Source: a virus
Taxonomy: Duplodnaviria > Caudoviricetes
Virus record (IMG/VR): IMGVR_UViG_3300012942_000009
Span: 1-48,036 of that record
DNA length: 48,036 nt
Reading direction: 5' to 3' (one strand)
Shown here: positions 27,001 to 37,209 of the stretch, piece after piece
Layout: the number at the start of each line of letters is the position of its first letter
How positions within the stretch are numbered: position 1 is the stretch's first letter
Translations under genes and position numbers: made by a program
The notes under the pieces: generated by a model
What the model saw: the letters and a program-made list of their open reading frames with translations, nothing else
Databases searched by the model: none
What the model was told of the DNA's origin: nothing

Positions 27001-30000
27001 TTGAAATACTGTTCACCATTTTCTTTTTCAAATTTGCGAACTAGCACACGATTCAGTTGCTTGCTCAGGTCATACCGCTCAGCCTGCTGCTCGCCCGTGG
27101 TCCATGCAATTTTGTCGTAGCCGCCATCCACCGCCATGCTGAGAATGCGCTTGAGCGCGAGGTCCTGCCATGTTTTCTTGAAGGGGGCGTCGGGAACGCG
27201 GTTTTCCGTACCCAAGGATATGAGCTGTTGGCCGCGCGCAGCTTGTTCCTGTGTGCGCTGGTCAACAGGAATGGCACGCAAATCTTCAAGTTCTTTTTGT
27301 GCTGCGCGGGCGTCCTCATCCACATACCCACGCTTCCGCCCCTCTTGGTGCCAGTCGCTCTGGATTTCTTCGATGAACAGCACCTTGTTGCCAGCCGCAT
27401 CGGTGCGGTCATCCAGCCGGAAGTGGGCGAGAATGTTGGGCTCATCGAAGTGGCTGGACTGATATTCATTCACATTCTTGCGGCGTGCATATTCCATATC
27501 AGCTGCACTCAGCCGTGCATCAGGTTTAGCGTTGAGAACCTTGCGCGCCTGAGCCTCGGTAAGTTCAGGCGCAGGCAGCGTCATCAACACTTCACGGTAG
27601 TTCTCGCCACCGGGGAGGGTAAACTTCTGGAACTTGCGCTTATCCGCGCCCACGTTCATGAGCTTATTATTTAGCTCTTCACGGCGTGCCCAGTAAGCCT
27701 CATTGGAATCGTTGGACTGTGCGAGATAAGTGTTGAGGCGGTTGAGTTCCTGACGTTCTTCTGGCGTCAATACGGTGTCTGGGTCCGTATTTACAACCTC
27801 CTCAAGCTTCACCCCACCATCGCGCAGGAAAGCCGCTACATCAGCCTTGTTCACCTTGCCGGTCTGGGTACTCAGCCATTCCTTCACACCGCTGTAATCC
27901 AACTCTTCCTGCTTGAAGTCGCCGTTGCGGGCATAGGCTTCCAGCGCCTGCTGCATCTGCGCGGGCGTGCCGGTGTTGGGCAGTTTGGCATCGGCCACGC
28001 GCGCGGCCTTGCGATAGAAGCCCATGGCATCGGTGTCGGCGGCACGCTGGAATAGGACTCCGCCTTGCGCAAGTGTTGTATTTTTATTTACATCTGTTAC
28101 AATTAAGTCCCCGCCATCGTTTCGGACGTTATGACGAAGGGATGCCAGTATGGCGTCAACAGAAGTCGTGGCGGGATATTTACGCATGGTGGTGGCCGCC
28201 AGAGTCTTCCTGCCCGTGCGCACTTCCTCAATGTACAGGGTAGAACCGTCCGGCAACGCGCGGACATACATGATGCCCGGTTTGTGCTGGCGCGTTTCGA
28301 AGTTGGTGATGACCCTGTCGGGGATGGCAAGTATCTGCGGAATCGCGCGAATATCCTCTTCGGTCACCGGCAACTGGCCGCGCGCGGCTTCCGCCTTCTC
28401 ATCACCATGACGGTTCAGCATATGCCGCACGGCGCTGGTGTCCATGCTGTGATGGTAGCCCTCCACATCCACCCCGGCCTGTGTGAGTGCATCCTTCACG
28501 GGAGTGGAGACATCACCGAGGTCAACTTGCAGGTGCGTGGTCTTGTCCGCGCGGGCTTGGCTGAGCACATCATCCATCTGCTGCTGGTACAGCGTGTTCA
28601 CATCGCCTTCCGGTCCGCGGCCGCCTTGCACCACCAGCTTTTCGAAGGCATCGTCCACCGCTTCCTGCAACGCCATAGAGGTTCCGGCACGCTTACTAAA
28701 ACTCTGGTAGGCAGCACGCGTCGCCTCGGCATTGATGGCCGCTTCCTCGGGGTCCATGCCGGTGCGCACCAGTTGCATGCGCAGGCGGTCTTGGAACTCG
28801 CTGAAGCGGTTGATACCGTCGCCTGTCAGGGCTTGGTAGGCATTGACCTTGATTTTGGCGATGTGCTCCTGCCGTTCCAGCAGGCGTGCCAGCGCATCGC
28901 TGCGGCCCTCGGCCATCAGTTGCTGAAGGTTGTCCAGCGTATCACCCATGTGGCCGCTGTTGACCTCGTGGGCGTTGGACATCACCGACAGCACCGCGTT
29001 CTTCAGCGCATCCTCGGGCGTGGGTCCAAGGCTCTCGGGTTTGTCGTATCCGGCCAGCCGTTCATCAAGCAGAGTGGCGGCATCGCCTGCCTTCATCTTG
29101 GCAAAGCCGCGCATCTCATCGAACATCTCTTGCAGGTCGGGCGTGAACTTGCCCACCGGCTTGCCGGATTGCTTGCGTACCTTGGTCTTGGACAGCAGCT
29201 TCTTGATGGCGGCCTTGGCCTCGCGTTGGGCCTGCATCTCCACCAAGCGTCCGATGCGGCTCTGGATGACCGGCAGTTGCTTCTCGGCCTGTTCGCGCGT
29301 GCGGATATTCTTGACGGTGGTGATGAACTTGGCCTTGTCGGCGGCGGTGAGGTCGGACGCATCCAGCGCATCGACGATGTGGCTCTGCGCGGCGGCCACA
29401 TCGGTCAGCGCCATGCGGCGCCCCTCGCGCAGGCCCGCTTCAAGGGCGCGGCTGCGTTCGCTCACCGCGCGGTTGGCGAGGCGGCTGAGGGTGTCGCCGC
29501 GAACCTGCACCTGCTGGCGGCCCATGGCTTGGTCCATGACCTGCTGCACCATATCCGGCTCCACGTTGCTGCGCGTCAGGATGTCGGCACGCTGGTCGTC
29601 GAGGGTCTGGCGCTGGGCGAGCAGGCCGTTAAGGCGGTTGGTGTTGGCGGCATTGGGCTTGCCTGCCTTCTCGCGCTCATCCATGGTCGCCATCAACTGG
29701 TCAATCTGCGCATCCATGGCGTTGACTTGGTTGTCGAGCAGGCGCAGGCGCCCAGCCAGAATCTGCGGCTGCACGTCAATGGGCCCGGCAGTCTGCTGGC
29801 GCAGAGCATCCACGCGGCTGGTGTCGCGCGGCTCCATCTCCAGCGGCTCGAAGTTTCCACCGCGGGCGATTTCCGTAGCTTCCTGCTCGCGCGGCATCGC
29901 GGCGTTCATGCGCTGGTTGCTCACGTATTCCTGCACGCTGTCATCCACCGGCTGGCCGCTCATGTATTTTTTGATGACCTCGCCAGCAGCCTTCTGGTCG

Positions 30001-31304
30001 GCCGGGTCAATCGCAATCTTCGAGAGGCCCTTTTCCATCTCGTTGGCCACAAGGTCGGCACCTTCGGCGGCGTTTTGGTAGACATGCGTGGCGATAGCGG
30101 CGGACTGGTCAGGCGAAACTCCATGCTTGGCGCCTTCGTTCTGGCTCATCTCCACCACCGCCGCCACCGGCGCCCCGGAGAGCGCGCCAATCAGCCCGGC
30201 ATAGGCCACGTTCTTGAGACCTTGCTCAAGTGTGGTATCGCGCAGCCCACCGGCCTTGGCCTGAACTTCCTCCACCGCCTGCTGGCCCGCTTCCTGCGTG
30301 CCTTCTTCAATCGAGCGCTGGATGAACCGCGCAATCGGCGTACTGGCTTCGCCAATCTTCATGAACAGGCCATCGCCCATGGCCTCAATGGCGCCGTTGG
30401 CGATACCCATATCGGTGGAAAGTTGACCGACTTCTTCCGGCGCCATGCCCTTTTGGCGGCCTTCAAGATAAATCTGGCCTTTCTGGATGGCGCCGAAAAG
30501 GGCAGATGCCCACAACGGATTGCGCGTCAGCATGGTCATCCCGATGGCATAACCCGTGGATGCCAGACCACTGCCGAAGTCATAAGCTAAACCTTGACCT
30601 TCAGGGGCATTGTCCGGTCGTTCCAAGCCGAGATTCTTCACAATGTCATTACTCTGCTGCACCAGTCGTTGGCCCACATTGGCCACACGCTGGAACGCCG
30701 CGCGCTTGGCTTCGTTGACCATGCTGTCGGGGTCGGTGCTGATGGGCAGGAACATGTCGGCCACACCCGGCGCCACCGCGCCGCTGGCAGTGTTGGCGCC
30801 GCTGGCGCCTTCCACGCCACGCTCGCCGGTCTCCTGCAACAGCGCGCCTGTGGCTTGCGGAAGTGTCTGTACCGTGAACGCAGCCGCCCCGCGCAGGGCT
30901 TGCTTGCCGAAATCCTCAGCCTGCGGCGTTGCTGCGGCATTTATCAGCATGGTGGTGGGGTTGAACGCGGCACGCGCAGCAAAGCCGATAAAATCGCGGG
31001 CGCTGCCCATGGCATTGCTGTTCAGGTAGGTGGTGCCCCAGAAGTCCTGCTTGGGTAAACCCTGCACCTGCGTCTTGGCCATGTATTGGGCCTCGTCACC
31101 GTTCACCCCGGCAGGCATCGAGATGGCTTTACCGGTATCCTCGTGCAGCATCACCGAGGGTGGTACATCCACCACCTGAAAGCCGGTGGTGTCATAGTTC
31201 CCCGTAGATGGCGAGGCCTCGTCCGTGGTGGGCATGGCTGGCGTTGCGCCAGCACCAACAACGGTGAAGCCGGTGGAATCGTAGGTAGAGGGTTGCGCGG
31301 CCAT
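24093..31304 (-). CDS. Large internal virion/ejection 'polyvalent' protein (2403 aa) with PBECR-like nuclease, GNAT-like and zincin metallopeptidase modules
   Basis: Position after tail genes; SAVRHMLNRHGDE...GQLPVT.EDI..IPQI...PD; LFIEEIQSDWHQ; TFLHETGH...HERVAEDFEKYL. Confidence 0.8.
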   Translation of the reverse strand: MAAQPSTYDSTGFTVVGAGATPAMPTTDEASPSTGNYDTTGFQVVDVPPSVMLHEDTGKAISMPAGVNGDEAQYMAKTQVQGLPKQDFWGTTYLNSNAMGSARDFIGFAARAAFNPTTMLINAAATPQAEDFGKQALRGAAAFTVQTLPQATGALLQETGERGVEGASGANTASGAVAPGVADMFLPISTDPDSMVNEAKRAAFQRVANVGQRLVQQSNDIVKNLGLERPDNAPEGQGLAYDFGSGLASTGYAIGMTMLTRNPLWASALFGAIQKGQIYLEGRQKGMAPEEVGQLSTDMGIANGAIEAMGDGLFMKIGEASTPIARFIQRSIEEGTQEAGQQAVEEVQAKAGGLRDTTLEQGLKNVAYAGLIGALSGAPVAAVVEMSQNEGAKHGVSPDQSAAIATHVYQNAAEGADLVANEMEKGLSKIAIDPADQKAAGEVIKKYMSGQPVDDSVQEYVSNQRMNAAMPREQEATEIARGGNFEPLEMEPRDTSRVDALRQQTAGPIDVQPQILAGRLRLLDNQVNAMDAQIDQLMATMDEREKAGKPNAANTNRLNGLLAQRQTLDDQRADILTRSNVEPDMVQQVMDQAMGRQQVQVRGDTLSRLANRAVSERSRALEAGLREGRRMALTDVAAAQSHIVDALDASDLTAADKAKFITTVKNIRTREQAEKQLPVIQSRIGRLVEMQAQREAKAAIKKLLSKTKVRKQSGKPVGKFTPDLQEMFDEMRGFAKMKAGDAATLLDERLAGYDKPESLGPTPEDALKNAVLSVMSNAHEVNSGHMGDTLDNLQQLMAEGRSDALARLLERQEHIAKIKVNAYQALTGDGINRFSEFQDRLRMQLVRTGMDPEEAAINAEATRAAYQSFSKRAGTSMALQEAVDDAFEKLVVQGGRGPEGDVNTLYQQQMDDVLSQARADKTTHLQVDLGDVSTPVKDALTQAGVDVEGYHHSMDTSAVRHMLNRHGDEKAEAARGQLPVTEEDIRAIPQILAIPDRVITNFETRQHKPGIMYVRALPDGSTLYIEEVRTGRKTLAATTMRKYPATTSVDAILASLRHNVRNDGGDLIVTDVNKNTTLAQGGVLFQRAADTDAMGFYRKAARVADAKLPNTGTPAQMQQALEAYARNGDFKQEELDYSGVKEWLSTQTGKVNKADVAAFLRDGGVKLEEVVNTDPDTVLTPEERQELNRLNTYLAQSNDSNEAYWARREELNNKLMNVGADKRKFQKFTLPGGENYREVLMTLPAPELTEAQARKVLNAKPDARLSAADMEYARRKNVNEYQSSHFDEPNILAHFRLDDRTDAAGNKVLFIEEIQSDWHQEGRKRGYVDEDARAAQKELEDLRAIPVDQRTQEQAARGQQLISLGTENRVPDAPFKKTWQDLALKRILSMAVDGGYDKIAWTTGEQQAERYDLSKQLNRVLVRKFEKENGEQYFKVSAADTNGREVIADRRAENINELSDIIGKELTQKVVDSPDQAVDMKGLDLKVGGEGMKGFYDNILPKAVDKIVKRWGGKTGKIELGTAASRIAQGMSPAEREEYFADVRARGVDTGNGEVHSLDLTPAIKAGVSEGLELFQNNMGLARGSITLPQGDAGAIIRLFDTANKSTFLHETGHFYWNLLDQLAAHPEATADLKADSAAVRNLVGAADGQPLTVDQHERVAEDFEKYLEDGKAPTPALKRAFEHFKQWLGQIYASIKGRTTTIDPAMRKVFDKWFDGVEPLPNVYDRNLIDRTSLVARAKAHGRNVRGEAYGAFNSWQDTMNLIFGADKTGVGDQLLQTLGMDVNRLFQQRKGVVRHATEFFTEGGMRALKTPARNKLMAALGFTREGKFMSQLAADSKKVDLGTFHNSAGKPVRLQLSKAEARKRWMELQDPTLVDTITHPMGNAYSPSMLDALDSFLTPEDKAFVRMQLDFYRWFYPQINDVYSRSYGVNLPNNPMYSPIAREHHDVNNPMFTQDVAYRRSVAPGSLKSRVASISALKDMNDFMVLQKHIAEMAHFMTFADKVQELGAVFGDHRITNVIDDKFGTAITRNIKDYMQDFRAGQIKKLNESIDLMEGMRQNFTVAVLGAKPALAIKNFTQFLAYAEGIPVKDFTIGLADFAAHPREVAKILGQSELLKARRKTLDRDIALAYQSSEFGRWRAKQTLNNMMLWFTQTGDIASIISGGWPVYRYHRKVLGKSHAEALQAFEDATSLTHATGDLDQLSRLQSSPSILARSVTMLMADTNQLYRREMRAVLDGVRGKISPAQAAKRIALYHFAIPMLYQFVADFFEWDPDNQLRAALWGSLNGAFIVYDIVDGLIRKLQGLHTFERTNPAVQWSSDMSQGFAKMAKNGFDPGDDEVIEGLWKVLQGGGELTGVPIGRIPQVMRAVEDFQYGDDRAGIVRVLGFPDSVANRVIQNSLD

Positions 31305-33613
31305 TAGAATCCTTGCTGTTGCAGCACCTGAGCATCGGCGGTGCTGATGGGTTCAAACGTACCATCCTTGAAGCGCTTGGCCCACTGGCCTTTGGCGTTT
31401 TTGCCAATCACGAAGTCACCCTTGACCACCGCCTGTGGTTTCACCGTCACCGGTCCCGGCACAATCTGGCTCATACCACCGCCCTGCGGCAGAATCGCAT
31501 TGGGCATGTCACTCATCATCTGGAGGATGGGGAAACGGTTTTTCATGTAGTCGGCGGTGACCTGTTTGGCAATCTGGCCTACGTCCACGGTGCTGCCGTT
31601 GGCCTCAGCCGCTTCCTTGTTCAGGACGAAGCGGCGTAGCAATTCACCCTTCACCTGCTTGTTGTCGCTCATGTTATTGGTCTTGAGCCAACTGTCGATG
31701 ACCGCATACCCGGCCTTGTTGGGGTCCGAGGTAAACCAGCTCGACTGGTCGGGGTCGGTGATGCGCTTCTGGAGCGGGTCGGTGATGTTCTTCATGAAGG
31801 TGGTGGCTTGGTCACGGGTAATGTATCCCTGTGCCGCCGCCTGCACCACATCGCGTTGGAAGTCTACGAAATCTTCCAATGAGGCGGATGAGCGCACGCG
31901 CCCCGTCTGCCGGTCTTTCTTCACGCCAAGCTGGCTGTATTTATCGAACAGTTCGGCATAGCGGTCATTTTGCTCCATCACCGTGCGCCGCGGAACCGCC
32001 TTGGATTGTTCGGTGCGGATGTAGTTGGCCAGTTCCGGCGTCACCTGCCCGCTGGATTCAAGCTGCGTAAGCTGCGAAGGCAGGAGCTTGCCGTCTACAA
32101 AGGCGTTCCACGTATCCTGATTCTGCTGGGTGTCCTGCATGATGCGGTCGGTCTTGGCGTTGTCCTCAAGGTTCTCAAAGGCAGTGCGCGCGGCCTTGCG
32201 CCATTCGGTCTTGGTTTTCTCGGGGACACGCGAAAAGGCCGGAGTGTTGAGCATCGCCATGGCTGCCTTCGGGTCACTGTCCACCTTGGCGAAGAAGGCG
32301 TTTTGTGCGGCCGGTTCGTACAACTTCATGGCTTTGTCATACGGCACCACATCCAGTTCGGTGCCGGTGGGAATACCCTGTGCGCCGGGCGTCGCGGTGG
32401 TGCCAAGTTTCTCGGCCCACTTCTCGGCGAAGTCGGCGGCACTCATGTTGGCATCGCCGCCATTGGCCAGAATCGCCTTGCGCGCGGTGCTGCGGTCCAC
32501 CACTGTGCTCAAGGCGTCAACCGCCGTGGCATCGGGATGGGTCAACAGCGCCTTGGCACCCGCGGCACCCTGCTGGTAGGCAAGATAGACCTCGCCATCG
32601 GTCGGCTCGCGGCCAAGCGCCTTGCGCAGGGTATCGCGGTCATCGCTAAGCTTGTCGGTCATGGCGCGGATGCTGTCGGCCACATTGGTGCGGTCACTCA
32701 GGCCATATTGCTTGGCTGTTGTCGTGGTGAATTGGGCCAAGCCAGTAGCGCCCGTAGGGCTCACGGCAGTCGGGTCCATCTGCGGATTTTCGATATGCAG
32801 CACCTTGGCCACGAAATCCGGGTCAACGCCGGTACGTGCAGATTGGCTATCAATTGCCGTTTTGATGGCTATCGGTAAGTTTTTACTTTCTTCAGCAGAT
32901 ACTTCACCATTGGATTGTGTGTATCCAAGTTTCTTGGCCAACAGGTCAAGTTGTTGACCTGCATCGCGGGTGGAAAACTGAGGCAGAGCATAACCGTTGA
33001 TAGCCGCCTCCTGCTTGGCCTTGAAGGCATCGGTGGCCTTGAACTGCTCGGGGAACTGGTTGTGCAGCCCGTCAATCAGCGCGGCGTTCTCCTGCAACAG
33101 GCGCGCCTTCATCGCCGGGTCCTGCGTGGCCAGCGCCGCACTGTTGTTGGCAATCACAGCTTGCTGCATGTTGGTCAGGCCCACATCGGCGGCCATGCCG
33201 CGCGCGCGCTGGTGCAGTTGCTGCTGGCCACGCAGGATGTCCTGATTGGCGGCCTCGCGGAACAGCGCCTGCCGTTGCGGGTCACCGATGAGTTTGGCCG
33301 CATCATTCACTACTTGGCTCATGCTGTCGCTGTATCGCTTGGTGTAGGTGCCGTAATCCGGGTCACCATCGAAGCTGTTGATGGTATCCACGCTCTTCTG
33401 GAGAACGTAGGAGTGTGCGCGCGCCACCTCCATCTGCGCATGGGCGTCGCGGATGTCCTCGTTGGCCTTGAAGGCTTGCGCGCCCGCGCCTTGCAGGGCC
33501 TGCCCCACCGAACTGATGGCTTTGCCGACGACACTGCTGTCATACGTGGCAATCGGCATCACGCTTTGCGTGCCGACCGTACCGAGGCTGGTGGCGTCAG
33601 GAAGTTTCGGCAT
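31304..33613 (-). CDS. Internal virion protein with lytic transglycosylase domain
   Basis: VLHIEN...AVSPTGATGLAQF...TAKQYGL...YLAYQQGAAGA SLT-like motifs. Confidence 0.8.
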   Translation of the reverse strand: MPKLPDATSLGTVGTQSVMPIATYDSSVVGKAISSVGQALQGAGAQAFKANEDIRDAHAQMEVARAHSYVLQKSVDTINSFDGDPDYGTYTKRYSDSMSQVVNDAAKLIGDPQRQALFREAANQDILRGQQQLHQRARGMAADVGLTNMQQAVIANNSAALATQDPAMKARLLQENAALIDGLHNQFPEQFKATDAFKAKQEAAINGYALPQFSTRDAGQQLDLLAKKLGYTQSNGEVSAEESKNLPIAIKTAIDSQSARTGVDPDFVAKVLHIENPQMDPTAVSPTGATGLAQFTTTTAKQYGLSDRTNVADSIRAMTDKLSDDRDTLRKALGREPTDGEVYLAYQQGAAGAKALLTHPDATAVDALSTVVDRSTARKAILANGGDANMSAADFAEKWAEKLGTTATPGAQGIPTGTELDVVPYDKAMKLYEPAAQNAFFAKVDSDPKAAMAMLNTPAFSRVPEKTKTEWRKAARTAFENLEDNAKTDRIMQDTQQNQDTWNAFVDGKLLPSQLTQLESSGQVTPELANYIRTEQSKAVPRRTVMEQNDRYAELFDKYSQLGVKKDRQTGRVRSSASLEDFVDFQRDVVQAAAQGYITRDQATTFMKNITDPLQKRITDPDQSSWFTSDPNKAGYAVIDSWLKTNNMSDNKQVKGELLRRFVLNKEAAEANGSTVDVGQIAKQVTADYMKNRFPILQMMSDMPNAILPQGGGMSQIVPGPVTVKPQAVVKGDFVIGKNAKGQWAKRFKDGTFEPISTADAQVLQQQGF

Positions 33614-34167
33614 TATCCATATCCCCATGTTACGCCGTTGCTCCCGGCAATGCTGTCGGCCATCTCTCGGCTGCCGTACCAGCCGCTGCTCGCGGGCGCG
33701 GTGGAGGCACCATACTTGGCGTACATCGACCCGGCCGAGCCTGCGGTCTTGAGCAGTCCGGCCACCGCCTGAATCTTGCTCGCGTGCTTGGTCAACTGGC
33801 CTTGGTAGCGGGTCATCATCGCTTGGTTGCGCAGGCCGGTGGCCTTCACATCGCCGTTATAAAGCGTGGCCAAGGCATTGTAATCACCCTGCGCCTCAAG
33901 ACCACCATAGAGATTGGCGAAACCGGCCGATGAGGTATCACCGCCACCGGCGGCTGCCCGTGCCAGAAGCGCGCTCTGCGCCAGATGCTGCTGCTGGCGC
34001 TGTTGGAGCATCTGGCGCTGGGCATCGCCCTGCACACTGTTGGCTTGGCTGTCCATCTGCGCGGCTTCAAGCTTGGCCTGCTTGTTGGCCGCGTTGCCCT
34101 GTTGAATCGTGCCTGCGGCCTCCATGAGGCCACCTGCGGCAATCGCCGCCACTGCTAGCATGGCCAT
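33613..34167 (-). CDS. Internal virion (ejection) protein
   Basis: Ala/Gly/Gln-rich, T7 gp14-like architecture and position. Confidence 0.7.
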   Translation of the reverse strand: MAMLAVAAIAAGGLMEAAGTIQQGNAANKQAKLEAAQMDSQANSVQGDAQRQMLQQRQQQHLAQSALLARAAAGGGDTSSAGFANLYGGLEAQGDYNALATLYNGDVKATGLRNQAMMTRYQGQLTKHASKIQAVAGLLKTAGSAGSMYAKYGASTAPASSGWYGSREMADSIAGSNGVTWGYG

Positions 34168-34553
34168 GCGTAAAGCTCCCCTTGGGCAGTGGCGCGGACA
34201 AGGCCGAAGCCAAGGCTACGAATCCATTTCTGGGAACGGAAATCACCAAGTTCAACCATGGCGAACACTGGCTTGGTGAGCGTCCTGCACGCCGCCATCA
34301 CCATCTTTGCGCATCGCCATTTCTCCATGGCTGAAATCGTAGCATCCGGTTTGGTATCGGAAAACAAGACTTGCATGCCTTGCTCGCTTTTTAGGCCAGC
34401 AACTCCAATAGGTTCTCCGTCTTTCATGAAGACGTATCCACGCAAGGTCGGGCGCGGACCATCACCGTAGAACGCGCGCAGCAGCGCAGGCGTGGCCGGG
34501 ACGGCATGAATGGCGCCCATGCGTACATCATCTGGCAGACTAAACACGTTCAT
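34155..34553 (-). CDS. Virion assembly protein, GNAT-like (T7 gp13 position)
   Basis: PIGVAG and SQKWIRSLGF motifs; between nozzle and ejection genes. Confidence 0.55.
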   Translation of the reverse strand: MNVFSLPDDVRMGAIHAVPATPALLRAFYGDGPRPTLRGYVFMKDGEPIGVAGLKSEQGMQVLFSDTKPDATISAMEKWRCAKMVMAACRTLTKPVFAMVELGDFRSQKWIRSLGFGLVRATAQGELYAWPC

Positions 34554-37209
34554 TGGTATCCATCCCGATAACACAGGCGAGCATGGTGGCACAACGCGGC
34601 GCCTCGGCCTGAAGGCATACGCGCGAATCGGTATCCCAGTCTCCGTTAAACTCGAAGGCATCCCGGTCATAAGCTTCCCACACGGTGTTGGCGGCGACAG
34701 TCGCGCCATATTCCACTTCCGGCAGGTCGTCGAGGCGGTCGAAGTCCGGCCCGTACTGGATGCCTTGGGCGTGGGTATTGGCCAGAATCACGCCAAGATA
34801 GGCCACGCGTTTGCGCTCGGTCAGCGCGGTGCCCGCCTGCGCGGCATAAGCCAGCTTTGTGCTCTTGAACTGCGCGGTGTAACCGAGGCCGATGCACGCC
34901 TTGGTGAAGGCGGCCGAGGCGGTGGCCTCGCCATTGTCGTCCAGCGTGAAGGTGCCAAGGTCCTTGCCGTCCGCCCACACCACCACCTCGGTGTTGGGCA
35001 GGTGCGGCGCGCTAATGGTAGTGGTAGAGGAACCATCGTAGATGACGTGGCAATCAGCCACGCGGCTGAGAGCGCCACCTGCACATTCGCTCTCCATTGC
35101 CCAGCGTTCTAGGAAACGTACTGTGCTGCCGTTTATGGTGCGTTTCACCGCATAATAAACATAATCTTCCTCACGGCCATCCGCAGGCAATACGAATACG
35201 TCTTCCACCTCGCCGCTGGTTTCAATCTCAACCCAGCATTTCACGTCCTCCACCGGGTCGTAGATGAGCATGGCCACGGTCCCATCGTTGCGGACGCAAT
35301 GGATACGGGTATCAATTTTGCGCTGGACGGCGAGGCGCTTGATGCCGGGATTGCCGATGTCGGGAATGATTGCAGTCAGGTCGCTATTGGAATAGTCGAA
35401 GGATTGGGTGTTGAACTCAATCTCGAACAGTTTGATGCTGCTGTTGTCCACAAAAACGCCGCGTGTGTCGATTTTATAGCCGCCGACGCGGTTGGAGCCT
35501 TGGGTCGAAGATGAACGGAAGTTGGCATTGGTGGGTGTTAGTGGTTCATCAAGACTGCTCGAACGCATCGACCATTCGGCCATTGATGCGCCACAAACAA
35601 GGCGCTGCATCGGCAGCATCCAGTTGATGGTATCCACTGGACCTTCGCCGATGTTGCGGTTGATGGGACCGCTATCACCCTCCACGGTATCGTCATAACT
35701 GGCATAGGCATCGGAGACGGAACCCCATATTTTACCTTTTCCCGCCCACCACAGGCGTCCTTCATGAAGCGCAACTGCGCTCGGCCAACCTTTGCGTGGC
35801 GACCATTCGCTCTCGCTCCACAGGTCACTGGCCACAGTTGAGCCGAACGGGGTGAGTACCGAGGCGGTCACGGTGGTATCATTGGTATAACCGGTGACGC
35901 GCGCTGTTCCGGTCAGGCCACCGTTGGTATAATTCAAGGCGATATTAAGTGTGCCGCTGGTATAGTTGCCGGTCTTCACACCGTAACGGTAATAGATAAT
36001 CTGGTTGTCGAGGCCATCATTGTAGCTGTTGGAGAATGTCGCCGTGCCGTTCTCCACGTCCGCCCACGCGCCCACCTCGCCGATGGAGCGCTGCAAGGTG
36101 TAGGTCGCGCTGAAGGTGCCGGTGACGGAACGGGTGAAGGCCCGCTGCGTGCCCACGCCGGTCACGCGGATGGGGTCACTGAACTGGCCATCGCCGCTGA
36201 TGGAGGATTGAACGTTCTGGCCCACGGAGGTGATGCGCAGCAGGCTGCCGATGAAGCTGGTGGAAAAGAACGAAGCACTCGACGTGATGGTGATGTCGCC
36301 GCTCAGGGCGCTCGGCGTCAGGCGGATGGAGCCGGTGTTGATGATGCCGAAAGGGCCATCGTTGGAGAGGTACTTGACCACACTCCACGAATCGTTGCTG
36401 CGGCGTTCGATGCGCACCTGCTGGTAGTTTTCGCAGGCACAGAACACCACATCCCCCGACTGGGTCCAGCGCACGTTGGGCAGGTCAACCTCGGCCCACG
36501 GCAGCGGGAGGGTCATGTCGCCGGAGGCTTCGATGCTCACGCTGTCAATCAGGGTGGTGTAGGGCGTGCGCGCCATCAGGCGCACGTAGAAGTCGCCGGT
36601 GGGCGTCAGGGTGAGCGAGTGTGTGCCTTCGGTGAGGATGATTTCACCCAAGTATTCGATGCCGCCCGAGGTGCTGCCCACGCGCAGGGTCAATTCGCCT
36701 CGGGCGACGACGATGTGCAGGGCATGCTCCACGCCGATGTCGTCGCTGGCCACGACGATGTGCTGCTCGCGGATGGCCGCGTTGTAAATGGTGCCGAGAA
36801 GACCGAGGTAACCGCCCGTTACCCAGCTTGAATTGGCGCCCGTCTGGTCATGGTCTGTCCAGTCGGTGAGGTCGGTGGTGAAGGTGCCGTTGCTGATGGC
36901 GCTGGAGACCGAAGCGCGCGTGATGACCTCTTCATCCACGCGCACCCGCAGGGTCTGGTCGGTCATCTCCAGAATCGCGGTATCATTCAAAGAATAGATG
37001 AAGGGGATGTGGTAAGCCTTGTTATTGGAAAGGCTTTCTCCAACTTTCTCAAAGCCGGGGCGCAGCATCATGCTGCCGAGCACGCGCGGCACGAAGTTGG
37101 TCTGCACTTCCGCCGACAGGCGCATGCGGCTGATGTCGGTGCGGCCAAGGCCGAGCGGGCTGACGAGGCCGCGGTTGAAGGCTTGCAGGGCGACGTTGCT
37201 GCGCGCCAT
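34540..37209 (-). CDS. Tail tubular protein B (nozzle)
   Basis: AFNRGLVSP..LGRTD, GSMMLRPG, WTQSGDV, GWPSAVALHEGRLW. Confidence 0.85.
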   Translation of the reverse strand: MARSNVALQAFNRGLVSPLGLGRTDISRMRLSAEVQTNFVPRVLGSMMLRPGFEKVGESLSNNKAYHIPFIYSLNDTAILEMTDQTLRVRVDEEVITRASVSSAISNGTFTTDLTDWTDHDQTGANSSWVTGGYLGLLGTIYNAAIREQHIVVASDDIGVEHALHIVVARGELTLRVGSTSGGIEYLGEIILTEGTHSLTLTPTGDFYVRLMARTPYTTLIDSVSIEASGDMTLPLPWAEVDLPNVRWTQSGDVVFCACENYQQVRIERRSNDSWSVVKYLSNDGPFGIINTGSIRLTPSALSGDITITSSASFFSTSFIGSLLRITSVGQNVQSSISGDGQFSDPIRVTGVGTQRAFTRSVTGTFSATYTLQRSIGEVGAWADVENGTATFSNSYNDGLDNQIIYYRYGVKTGNYTSGTLNIALNYTNGGLTGTARVTGYTNDTTVTASVLTPFGSTVASDLWSESEWSPRKGWPSAVALHEGRLWWAGKGKIWGSVSDAYASYDDTVEGDSGPINRNIGEGPVDTINWMLPMQRLVCGASMAEWSMRSSSLDEPLTPTNANFRSSSTQGSNRVGGYKIDTRGVFVDNSSIKLFEIEFNTQSFDYSNSDLTAIIPDIGNPGIKRLAVQRKIDTRIHCVRNDGTVAMLIYDPVEDVKCWVEIETSGEVEDVFVLPADGREEDYVYYAVKRTINGSTVRFLERWAMESECAGGALSRVADCHVIYDGSSTTTISAPHLPNTEVVVWADGKDLGTFTLDDNGEATASAAFTKACIGLGYTAQFKSTKLAYAAQAGTALTERKRVAYLGVILANTHAQGIQYGPDFDRLDDLPEVEYGATVAANTVWEAYDRDAFEFNGDWDTDSRVCLQAEAPRCATMLACVIGMDTNERV

